Shown here: piece by piece, positions 21,278-40,439 of the stretch
How positions within the stretch are numbered: the first letter of the stretch is position 1
Layout of the letters: the number at the start of each line of letters is the position of its first letter
Made by a program: the position numbers and the translations under genes
The notes under the pieces: model-generated
Databases searched by the model: none
What the model saw: the letters and a program-made list of their open reading frames with translations, nothing else
What the model was told of the DNA's origin: nothing
Source of the DNA: the human T2T-CHM13v2.0 reference genome, Homo sapiens
Assembly (NCBI RefSeq): GCF_009914755.1
Contig: NC_060930.1
Direction: 5' to 3' (one strand)
Length of the DNA stretch: 64,000 bases

Positions 21278-21499
21278 TAACTCTTGATTAGAAAACAGTC
21301 ACAAATAAATACAACTTATGTTAAGTAATCAGAGTAAGAAAGTAATTACCATATTGAAAGATTAATAAATGTTTTTACAAGATTTTTCACCAAATCACTT
21401 TCTTTCCATTATATGTTAAAAAATTTCATCTGCTTTTGATCTGTCCATTTTCCTCCAAAGCTTCTCAAATTTTTTTAGCATCCTAAGCTTCAGAAATCA

Positions 21500-22345
21500 G
21501 GGTGGCAGACATTGCTATTAATATTTGCCTATCCATTCATTCCTGTGTTTGCGCCACTGCACTCCAGCCTGGGCAACAGAGACCCTGTCTCAACAAACAA
21601 ACAAACAAACAAACAACCCAAATTGTTACTTATAATAACTTGAAATCTCTTCAAATGTTTTGCATTTAAGTTGATGTTAAAATAGCAGAGTTAATTGTGT
21701 TTTGCCACGCAGACAAGGGAGATAAAAGACAACGGAGCCTGCTTTCTCTCTATCTTCTTTCCTTCCCTTTATTCTTTTTGAGAGGTTAAAAATATACAGA
21801 AAAGTACATACTCTTGACTACATTTGGAGTGGCAATGGTCCTCACTTAAAAACCTTACCTCCTCATGATCCCCTTCAGCTAGATGTGATCATGTGACACA
21901 GTCTGGCCAATGAAATGTAAGCACTAGTCTACCAGGTGGGGTTTCTGAGAAATTTACTGAGTTCCTGATATAAGGGAACAGATTCAGTTGGTGTATACCT
22001 TTGATATTTTGGGCTTACCCATGTTCCCTGACTGGAATATGGCCCAGCTGCCTGGAGGCACAGTAGAGACTTAAGGATCCTAAAGAGGGCTCCCAACCCT
22101 CTAAACCTCCTAAAGAGGGTTGGGGGCCCTCCTAAAGAGGTTTAACCCTCTTTAAGCCTGGTAGAGCAAAAAGAATTTTGAGCCCCTGCTGACTTGAGGG
22201 CTGCATCAGCTCTGATGTGTCCACCTCTAGACTTCTTGTTATCTGAGATAAACACTGCACTCTTTCAAGTCACTGTTTGTTAGAGTCTTGTTGTAAGTCT
22301 TGTTAGAGTCTTGTTATATGCAGCCAAATACATTCTGAGAAGTTA
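21500..22345 (+). mobile_element. MLT1 (J/K-like) LTR carrying an inserted local duplication
   Basis: cagctagatgtgatcatgtgacacagtctggccaatgaaatgtaagc...cctctagacttcttgttat...tgcagccaaatacattc. Confidence 0.65.
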
Positions 22346-22802
22346 TAGTCAATAAAAATTGTGACAAAAATAATAGACATCTCATGTTCATAATTCTGCA
22401 CTCTGGTTTTATTCACCTAACATTATCTCTCAGAGACAGTCCTGTATCATTTAGAAGTAGAGGATCTCCTTTTTCTATTTAACATCGCTACTGAGGTCCA
22501 CTGTATGAAAGTACCATACAACTTTTGGGGCTAAAGGGTTTGTGATCAATATTATTTTTTGTCTAAAGACTTTTTAATAATCAGACCATGTGTAACTTCT
22601 TTAACTTTCCCAGAGTTAGAACTCTTTCTTCTGTGCATGAAAGCCTTTGAATATGGCTCAGTCTTGTATTGACTTGACTGTAATTATTTCTTTAGCTATC
22701 TCTCTCCCTGCCACCCCCTTCCCTCACGACACTGTAAATTATACTATCCTACTTCCCTAGGCTGCCTATAAATATCTGTTAAATGAACAACTCTTTACTT
22801 AG

Positions 22803-23114
<312 letters not shown>

Positions 23115-23307
23115 ACCATTAATTTATAAAGGCTATAGGGCATCACTATCATTCTTAGTTTCAAAAGGGAAGGAATGACATAAACTAAAAAGTAGGGTTT
23201 ATAGAATCAGAGTTGGAAGTGACCCCAGAGGTCAGTTAGTCTCTATGTATCCCCATACAGGGATTAGTGGTAACTACTTCACAGGAGCCATGTCAGCTGA
23301 TGAACAG

Positions 23308-23932
23308 TTTTTATTTTTAGAAACAGGGTCTCACTCTGTAGCCCAGGCTGGAGTACAGTGGCGTGACCATGGCTCACTGTAACCTCAAATTCCTGGGCTC
23401 AAGTGATCCTCCTGTCTCAGCCTCCTGAGTGGCTAGGACTACAGGCACATACCACCATACCTGGCTGCTTTTTTTTTTTAATTATTTTTTGGGGCCGGGC
23501 TCCGTGGTTCATGCCTGTAATCCCAGCACTTTGGGAGGCCGAGGCGGGTGGATCACGAAGTCAGGAGATTGAGGCCATCCTGGCTAACAGGGTGAAACCC
23601 CGACTCTACTAAAAAAAAATACAAAACATTTACCAGGCAGGGTGGCAGGTGCCTGTAGTCCCAGCTACTCAGGAGGCTGAGGCAGGAGAATGGCGTGAAC
23701 CTGGGAGGCGGAGCTTGCAGTGAGCTGAGTTCGTGCCATTGCACTTCTGCCTGGGCAACAGAACAAGACTCCGTCTCAAAAAAAAAAAAAAAAAGAAGAA
23801 TTTTTTTTTTTTGTAGAGACAGGGGTCTCCCTATGTTGCCCAGGCTGGTCTCGAACTTCTAAGCTGAAGCAATCCTTCCATCTCAGCCTCCCAAAGTGCT
23901 AGGGAAACAGCTGTGAGCCACCGTACCCAGAC
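23308..23932. mobile_element. AluJ (-) with AluY (+, 23493-23793) inserted in its central linker
   Basis: Outer TSD CTGAT(G/A)AACAGTTT; inner gaatggcgtgaacc and gagcttgcag are AluY diagnostics. Confidence 0.92.
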
Positions 23933-23945
23933 TGATAAACAGTTT

Positions 23946-25592
<1,647 letters not shown>

Positions 25593-25759
25593 TTAACCAT
25601 AGTTAACCTTGTTTTAGCTACACCCTTCATTCCTCTTTCAGACTTTGAAGTAAATGCCAGATATGTCACTTCATCTGAATATTCTTCGAAAACACTATTT
25701 TAAAAAGTGCCTAATAGTGATTATGGCAACTACTTACTAAATTACTCTGAGACAATTAC

Positions 25760-25990
25760 TGTATGCTGAACACTATGTAAAAATATTTTTGCAAAAATAA
25801 CTCAATTAACAGGTTAATAAACAAAATAATATACAACTCACAACAGCTCTCTGAGGTAAGCTTTATTATCTCTTCCGTACAGAAGGCAGCTAGGCTGACA
25901 GGCTAAGTAACTTGCCCAAGTTCACACAGCTAGTTAACTGCAAAGCTGGATTCAAGCCCAGGACTCTGGTTCTAAAGCCTGGGCTCTTTG
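25760..25990 (-). mobile_element. MIR
   Basis: gctaagtaacttgcccaagttcacacagctagt...ggattcaagcccagg. Confidence 0.7.
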
Positions 25991-26271
25991 CATATCAATA
26001 GAAAACTAATAAATATCCCAAACACAACATGTGCAAATTCAGGGTCTTTCTAAAAATATTAAAATGATAGGCAAGAGTCATCCATTTAAAGTCATTTTAC
26101 TTGAATCCTAAAATTTGTTTTTAAAATTGAAAAACTGATTTTTATGTTCATATGGGAAGAATAAATTTGAAAATTACAAAAAAACAAAACTTTGGAAAAA
26201 AAATAAGAGGGCTGCCGTTCTAGATTTTAAATCTTACTATAAAGTTACTGCAGTTTTAAAAAGTATAGTAT

Positions 26272-27980
<1,709 letters not shown>

Positions 27981-28087
27981 TTACAATAACAATGAAATAA
28001 CATTTTTAGTTCATTGACTTTGCAAAAATGAAAAAGATCAAGAAGATACAGTTTTGGTGAAGGTAGAAATTGGGGTCTCACACTGAT

Positions 28088-28290
28088 GCCCCAAGAGCCA
28101 AATAAAGCCCACAGACATACAATTTGGCAAATAGCATTTCCAAAACTAAATTGAATTGGAAAGCCTTTGGAGCCAAGCTCTTCAGCTTGCCACAGTCTCC
28201 ACCACTTCCTTTACCTTTCACATTCGCTTGAACAGCCTGACCCTTGAAGGTAGCCACTCACAGGGAAATTTCCCTGAATATACTACTGTA
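28088..28290. mobile_element. MER102-like hAT fragment
   Basis: ttgccacagtctccaccact...gcctgacccttgaagg motifs. Confidence 0.45.
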
Positions 28291-28382
28291 TTGGACCTTA
28301 AGTTGGTACAATCACTTAGAAAAGTATGGTATCTAAAAAAATTAAAAATATGCATACCTCTTGACCTATGATACTCTACTGA

Positions 28383-29058
<676 letters not shown>

Positions 29059-29662
29059 CAACATGTTTGTTTTTAATAGTGTACATTACATAGTTTGGTA
29101 ACAACAAATAATTAGAAACAAGCTAAATGTCCATTAATGTAGTACAATACTAAGTAGAAAGTAAAAAGAATGTGGTACGGCCAAATCTACGCCTTCAAAA
29201 GTTGGTAAGTGCAAAAAAAATATGAGGGCTGGAATATTTGTCTGTTTTTTCCATTATTCTATCTCCATTGTGTAGTTCAGTGCCTGGTAGGCCCTCAAGT
29301 CTTTGTTATATGAATGAATGAATGAGGAGCACAAGTTGATTTTCGGAGAAAAAGGAAAAACAATGAGAAGGAAGAAAAGAGGACAGGCAGGGAGCAGGAA
29401 ATGCAGATGCTGAGATTATGAACTTTTTAATAGACTTTTTTATTTTTGGACGTTTAAACAGATTTAGATTTGGAGGGAAGTAGGGGATAGTCATTGGACA
29501 GTAGCAGACAAGCCCATCTAATACAGACAGGAGCACAGATGAGATTGGACTTGTGACTGAAGAGGGCCTTGAAAAGAGCAAGCAACGAGTTTAGGTTTTT
29601 CTAGAGCAGTATGGGGTCATTAAGGAGGGGCTGGACAATATGAAGATGCCGGGACGAAATTG

Positions 29663-30976
<1,314 letters not shown>

Positions 30977-31309
30977 TATTTTAGTATTTCCAGTGACAAG
31001 GAGCTGATGACTTAATGAGGACACCTATTCTGTTAAAACAGTTTTGTAAGAAGTTTATTTCTTTACACCACGATTTGCCAAACTGTAACTATCACAAAGT
31101 TGTTTCTACTTTTCTAATAATTTAGGAGTGAAATGATTAGAATGTGAACTCTAAGGTGACAACAGAGGTACACGGGGAGTGATACAAAATAATCTCATGG
31201 AAGAACTGCAGTATTGCTGTGTGACTAAATATGGAGGATAAATGAAAGATACTTTTTAGATGTGAGGCTGGAGTGGTAAAACGGTAGCAGAAACGAGGCA
31301 AGCAGGAAA

Positions 31310-31810
31310 ATGAAACCACCAGGTCCGTTGCTCTTCTGCTCAAAACCCTCCAGTGGTCCCTATCTCACTTACTTTGGTAAAAGCCAGTCCCTATAATGGA
31401 CTCCAAGTCTAATACAATCTGCCACAATTTCTCCACCCCCCGCCTCTCTGACTTCATTCCCTTTGCTTTTCCCCCTCATTCACTCTCTTCTGTGACACTA
31501 GCTTCTTTGTTATTCCTTAAACATGTCAAGCCTATTCTTGCCTCAGGGCCTTTGCCCTTTCCTCTATCTGGACTGCACTCGGCTTATGTATCTACAAGGC
31601 TTAGCCATTCACCCTCTTGAGGTCTCTGCAAAAGTGCACCTCTCTCTACATAAGGCCTTCCCTGGGCAAGCCATTTACAATAGCAACCCTGTCATCCTCA
31701 TCAGCATTCTCGATCCCTACTTCCTGCTTTTTTTCCCCTCCATAGCTCTTATTGCCATGTGACATACTAGCTTTTTCCCCCCCACTTGTTTGTGTTTTAT
31801 CTCTCCCCAA
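31310..31810 (-). mobile_element. L2 fragment
   Basis: ctgctcaaaaccctccagtgg...ttcttgcctcagggcctttgc...aggccttccctg. Confidence 0.7.
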
Positions 31811-32256
31811 AGTCCCAAAGAACAGGGCAAATAATCAGGGTGGGAGCAGACGGAGAAACAGAGAAAAGCAAAAAAATTTCTAAAACATGCTTCAATAATA
31901 TCAAGCTCAAACCGTTAAAAAAAAAAAAAGCATGTGAGCGCTAATGAAAAGGAAAAGCATACATACTTTTGTAAACCTGTGCCGGGTAAAAGAATCTTTC
32001 GTGATGATAACCTTTAACTAATTATAAGTGCCAAATATTAATTTTTTATAAGTAGACTTAAAGTCCTAAGAGTCATTCAATTTAAGTTGTGATAATTAGA
32101 TAAACATAAGGATTTTCCTATTTTGTCATTTATTCATGTTGATAACTTAAATTAAAATGGAACTTTGTATTTGGGGTTGGCCATGAGTATATCATTCAAA
32201 ATTCATCTTATTTCATTCTTAAATTTTGAAATGAGAATTCTGATTTTATTTTATAA

Positions 32257-32784
<528 letters not shown>

Positions 32785-35330
32785 TGCCAAGGCTGTAGGC
32801 CGTAATAAAGATGACCTCCAAGTAGTGATCAAGTTACAGGTTCAAGGGTTGGAAAAAATGACCAGGCCTTACTTCCAGCTCTGAGCACACACACTAAGCA
32901 ATTGCTGAGGGTACTGAGAGCTCTGTGTCTCTTTTAGAAAAGCTCACCCACCATTCTAAGTTATAGTATACAGAAAAGAAGCAGAAAATAAAAAGTCTCT
33001 GCAGCTGGTCTCAGTTCAAAGAGATTAGATACTTCAGTCTATGTTAGAATCTTGCATGCCATGAAAACACAAGGTCCAAAAGTGAAGAAAAACAAATATA
33101 AAGACAAAAATCTTTTAAGTAGTACTTCAATTAAAAAAAAAAAAAAACCTTTAAAACAAAAATTCTCCCATATTCAGTGCTGTAATTTAGAACTACTGGT
33201 ACTTTTGCAGAAATATAATTTTAAAATAATCACAGCTTAACACAAAGACTTGCATTCATTTCCTCCCCTCTTGATTTATTTCCAAAAAAGAAAACTCAGT
33301 ATTGATGTGTTCTGTAATTAACTCCCTCCATACCTGCCAGCCAATCTACAAAGAAGTAAGATGCCTTTGGTGGTGGTAGTCATACTTGAAAGAGCAGAGG
33401 GATGTTGGGACTCAGCAAGGAGTCACCATATTTATCACTAGAAATTAGCCAACCAAAAAGAAATTTGTATTGCATGGTCTCTTTATGCATGAACATAATA
33501 AAGCTCTGCTTAGTGATCAATGAACACACCTATGAGAGTACTTTAATAAAGAATAACCAAGCCAGGTGACTTACTATATTTAAGAACATTTTTCTAAATG
33601 CTGTTTTGAATAACTGAGACATACACTTGATACTGTCAACACATAATTATCCTGCAGGTCAACCAGATGCTTATGAGGAGGAGGAGGGGCAGCTAACTAA
33701 TAATAATCTCTGGTTTCTAGAAACAGTTATGTGGGGCTCTTATCTGCCAGAGGAGCAGAGAGAAAGCCTAGCTAGGCATCCTTATCTAGGTTTCTAAAAG
33801 TACTTTGGGGTTTGCATGTCACAAAAGGGGTTAAAAATACTTGAGACTACCAAAAAAGCCTAACAAGACATCTGGGTGCGGCGGCTGTCACTGTCAGGGC
33901 AGCCCTTGGAGGGAATACCCGTATCAATTCGGTTTATCAGATGGACAGCTGATCAACATTAAACAGACTTGCTCTGGGCAGACTGAGCTGAGCTTCCTGA
34001 CATGAATTCCAATGAAAGCCCTCCGTACTCTACCACTGAGCTCTGCCATTTTTCACTGTTGCAGCTCCCTGGACATATGGGAATCCCTAGTGATGAGCAC
34101 ATAAAGCTGCCTCTAACTCAAGTGACGGCTCATTTCCCCTGGCTGAAGGCAGACATTAATATCCTGAGGAGATCAGACCTGCCTCTCTGACCCCCATCTA
34201 CCGAAGCAAAACGACTGTCCTATTTCTTTCTTTAATAAGCTTTTAATGAAGAAAACCCAGACCCCCTCTCTGACTGCAGCACAGTTTTACATGAAAAGGT
34301 TATACAAATACATCACATTCTGTGTCAAAGTTTTCCAAAATATCTGTCCCCCTCCCCACTGGAGAGCAGATTCTATCACTTGCCCTCCCATAGTGCTCAT
34401 GCTTTCTGCCGCGGTACGGGAGTTCAGTTCTCTGCTCTGATAATTACGAATTGTATCCATGGTCTGGCAGGTGGAGGATTAAAGAACTGATTACAAAGAG
34501 CACACTGGAGTTTCCATTTTCATTACAAACCCCTTTCTTCAAGGGTTTGTCATTTAGCTATGAAAACTGCTTCAGGCACAACTGGACTGGGAGAAATGAC
34601 AGTCCACTGACAACCCAGAGAGTAAACTAGAAAATGCTGCTGAGCAAAATCAGCATATGAGAAAGCTAAAAATATTTGGTGAACTGGAGTGGGCATACAT
34701 ACTTTGATTTTAGAAGGGGTAGAAGAAAAGATGTGTGATAGCAGATGAAGAAGACAAGCAGGCTTTTACCTATGAATACTGGAGACTGGATCAAAATAAG
34801 GGGGATCTCAATCATTATTAAAGTTTAGTGACAGGACCAACGCCAACTGCCAGGCATTGAGTTCTGAATTGCTTCACAAGAGGCTGAGGTTTGGGTTTTC
34901 TCTCCTTTAGAGAGCAAGCAGGGGTTAGGAAAAATGTGAAGGCTGCATGCTAAATGGGGCACAGTAAGCACTGTAGGAGGGAAATGTCATTCTGCAAAGA
35001 CCTCTCCAGCTAAATAACAAGAGGCAGTGATGGACCAAAGAGGGAACCTTGGCAGGCTTCACTTAGGCCATCAAATGTGTCTGAGGCTGGGAAATGTGAA
35101 GGTAAGGTGGGAATAAAGGGGCAAAGATCTGTTTCCAATGAAAAAGAGTGTCAGGGCATAGTCTATACAGTGAGAAGCTTAAAATTAGATTGCATGCTCT
35201 GCTACCTAATCAACCTAGGTATCTAGAGACACAAGAACAAATCCTAAATGTCCCCCCAAATACTTCACCAAGTATTTTCATGTATAAAAGTTGAGAAATT
35301 CCTCAGAATTTTTTTTTTAATTAAAAAAAA

Positions 35331-36142
35331 TTTTTTTTAGAGACAGGGTCTTTCTATATTGTCCAGGCTGGTCTTAAACTGCTGGCCTCAAGTGATCCTC
35401 CTGCCTCAGCCTTGTGAGTAGCTAGGACTGCAGGCTCATGGCACTCTGTACTAGGCTTCTCCTGCATGTTTAAACCATAGACAATAGGTGCCATTGGCAG
35501 GTACTAAGTGTACAGCTTAATGCGTAACTCATAACATACTATGTCCCAGATATTCTGATTTTTAAAATATAGTATCTCATTTAATCTTCACCAAGTATAG
35601 TTATTAGCCCTATTTTACAGATAAGAAAATGGAAATTCAGATATATTAACTGATTTGCCCAGGGCCTTATGACTAATAAGCAATGGGGCTAGATTTGGAC
35701 TAAAATACTTTTGCTGAGGTAAAATATAATTCATCTGCTAACAAACCTCATTGCCTCCCTAAAGAAACAATTTTTTTTTGTATAATGGAATAATTGTGGG
35801 TAGCATTTACAGTCTGTCACTAGACACAGGGGTTCTGTTCTTTTTTTCTTTTTTTTGAGATGGAGTCTCGCTTGGTCACCCAGGCTGGAGTGAAGTGGCG
35901 TGATCTTGGCTCACTGCAACCTCTGCCCCACTGGGGTTCAAGCGATTCTCCTGCCCCAGCCTCCTGAGTAGCTGGGATTACAGGCGCACGCCACCAAGCC
36001 CAGCTAATTTTTTTGTATTTTTAGTAGAGATGGGGTTTTGCCATGTTGGCCAGGCTGGTCTTGAACTCCTGACCTTAGGTGATCCACCTGCCTCAGCCTC
36101 CCAAAGTGCTGGGATTACAGGCGTGAGCCACCGCGCCCGGCC
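35331..36142 (-). mobile_element. FLAM (35331-35456) and AluS (35841-36142), with a MIR between
   Basis: Alu consensus; MIR core attttacagataagaaaatgga. Confidence 0.88.
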
Positions 36143-36370
36143 AGTTCTGTTCTTAACATCTGTTATACTGTGGACTCCTTTGGCAATCTGGTGAAACCTA
36201 AGGATTCTACTAAGAAAAATGGTTTTAAACACATAACATAAATAAGATTATGAAGGATGCCAATTATGTTGAAAATAAAAATGTAATCATTTTTCCATCC
36301 AAGTTCATTGATCGCTGAATTCAACCCACATATTCCCTTGTGGGTATCTGTGAAAACCAGGTAAGTACTC
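36143..36370. mobile_element. hAT-Charlie-type DNA transposon fragment
   Basis: tggactcctttggcaatctggtgaaaccta...aatggttttaaa pattern; subfamily uncertain. Confidence 0.5.
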
Positions 36371-36819
36371 TTGTGAGGAAATAGGAGGGGATGTGGGGAT
36401 GAAGTGTCCCCCGCGTTGGCTAAGTGCTTTATATAGACTGTTTCATGTAATACCTCCAACAACCTGATAAAGAGAGAATCATTAAGATTTTATATGGAGA
36501 TAACTTAGATTTAGAGAGGTCAAGTTATTTGCCTAATGTCACTCCAAGAGTGACCAGCACAGCCAGTGTGACCTGTGAATCCATGCTCCTTCCATTTTAC
36601 CAAATTGCCAGGTAAATGTTGGGATGGGAAGAACATGGGGGTGGGGAGAAGGAAAAAGTTTGATTGGCATCACGCTACAGCAATAAATGGTCTTTTATTC
36701 CTTGACCTTATGAAAAGCCAGAAGGGAGTGACCCTAGAATAATTTTTTTTAGAGAAAAAAAATGACAACAGGTACATAACAGATTATATATCTTTTTGGT
36801 AAATAGTCTGATGTTCAAT

Positions 36820-37137
36820 ACCACCACCACCATCATCCTGTGGGAAGATTATGCATCTCCATGCTCTTAAACTCAAGTAAGGGTATGTGAATTGCTTTTG
36901 TCAATGAGAAGTGAGTTAAAAATGTCATTTCTAAGCAAAGCTGGGTCGTGGTTCACCTGGTCTCTTTTCTGACATGAGACCAGTAATGTTCCAAATGGAG
37001 GGCTGCTCCATCAGCCTTAGTCTAGGAGTAAGGATGATATGGATATGACACCTGAATAACAAGTGGACCTTTATTTTGTGAGTCATTGAGACTTCAGGGC
37101 CATTTGCACTGCAGCATAACCTAGCCTACCCTAACAC
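36820..37137 (+). mobile_element. MLT1 LTR fragment
   Basis: tatgtgaattgcttttgtcaatgag...ggctgctccatcagcct...tgcagcataacctagcctaccctaaca. Confidence 0.6.
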
Positions 37138-37309
37138 ATGGTGAGAATAGTCCTGAGCCTTTCCTTTGTCTAGTATGAAAGATCATGTGTACTACGTGTA
37201 TGACAGAGCTGGCATTACGTACTAAGGGAGTAAGGCATTTATATGATGCCTTTGAAGCATGAGTATGAAAGATGTCAAAAATGAAATATTTATTTTTCTC
37301 ACAGCCTTA

Positions 37310-38952
<1,643 letters not shown>

Positions 38953-39145
38953 AGAAACAAAATTTTAAAAAACAAATCATAAATAAAATCAGTATGATGT
39001 GAAAAAGATATGAGAAGGAAAACTGGGATAGTGCATTCAGTTATTATTCCAAAGCACACTACAAATTATATGAATCCCCTATTGAGAAGAAGTAGCAGAA
39101 AGTGAGAGAAAGGTAAGGAATGAAAAGAAACACACAAACACATAT

Positions 39146-39483
39146 AGTTGGCCATTGGTATTGGTGGGTTCTACATTCCTGGATTCAACCAACCACTGAC
39201 AGAAAATACTTGTACTGAACACGAGCAGACTTTTTTCCTGGTCATTATTCCCTAAATAATCTAGTATAACAACTATTTACATAGCATCTACATTTTACTA
39301 GGTATTATAAGTAATCTGAAGATGATATGAAGCATACAAGAGGATGCACAGTGGTTATATGCAAATATAACCATTTTATATCAGAGACTATACCATTTTA
39401 TATCAGGGACTTGAGCATCCAAGGATTTTGGTATCCAAGTGAGATCCTGGGACCAAGATCCATGAATATTGAGGGCAACTGTA
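39146..39483. mobile_element. MER2 (TcMar-Tigger) non-autonomous DNA transposon
   Basis: ggattcaaccaacc...ttgtactgaaca...gtataacaactatttacatagcat...gggacttgagcatcc...gagggcaactgTA. Confidence 0.85.
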
Positions 39484-39611
39484 TATATACCTATATACAT
39501 AGTGTAGCTTTATATACATACATGTGTGCATAGATATGCATGTGTATGTATGCATATATGTGTGTGTATATATAGGCATATGTGTTTGTACAGATGCATA
39601 CATACATACAT
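39482..39611. repeat. Degenerate (TA/TG/CA)n simple repeat
   Basis: Alternating purine-pyrimidine tract after MER2. Confidence 0.85.
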
Positions 39612-39768
39612 AGTTGGCTAGGTTTTAGTAAAGAGTTTGAAATCCATAAGACCTAAATGTTCTCATCCTAAGAGGTGGCCTGATCTCCCATGGGATCTGA
39701 ATTGCAGTAAAAAGAAATGAGCACTCTTCCATAGCAAATGAAGTTAACAAGAAACATATACCAAATAG

Positions 39769-40079
39769 GACCAGGCATGGTGGCTCACATCTGTAATCCT
39801 AGCACTTTGGGAGGCTGAGGCAGGCGAATCGCCTGAGCTCAGGAGTTTGAGACCAGCCTGGGCAACATAGCAAAACCCCATTTCTACTAAAAATACAAAA
39901 ATTAGCTGGTGTGATGGCACAGGCCGGTAGTCCCAGCTATTAATACTTATGGGGCTGAGGTGGGAGGATCGCCTGAGCCTGGGAGGTTGAAGCTGCAGTG
40001 AGCTGAGATCGTATCACTACACTCCAGTCTGGGTGACAAAGTGAGACCCTGTCTCAAAAAAAAAAAAAAAAAAAAAAAA
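39769..40079 (+). mobile_element. AluJ-like
   Basis: Dimer; TSD AAACATATACCAAATA. Confidence 0.92.
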
Positions 40080-40439
40080 GAAACAAACATATACCAAATA
40101 AAGAATTAAAAGAAAAAAAACCCTCTCAGAACATTTTTTGAGATCCCAAATTCAAATTCCAGTTGTGTCTTTTTTTAAATACACTCACAGATGAGCATTA
40201 TCTCATTCAAAGCAGAGAGCCACAGTGGTCTTTGTATCCAACCCAGGCATCTCACTATCTTTATTTTGCTAGATTAGCAGGATACTAAAAGTTAAAAAAT
40301 GTTTTTAAAAATACACTGGTTTCCAAAGGAACCCGAAAATCCAGGAGACAACGCTAGCTATTCCTGTGAACCTCTAGAGGATCTGCACCTGCTCTTCAAG
40401 CAACAACCATGAGGAAAGTAACTAGAATTGTAGATCCCC

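Noticed and set aside
36621-36646. G-quadruplex-like GGG tracts (also about 17313-17339)
   Set aside because: Long or irregular loops; expected by chance in 64 kb.
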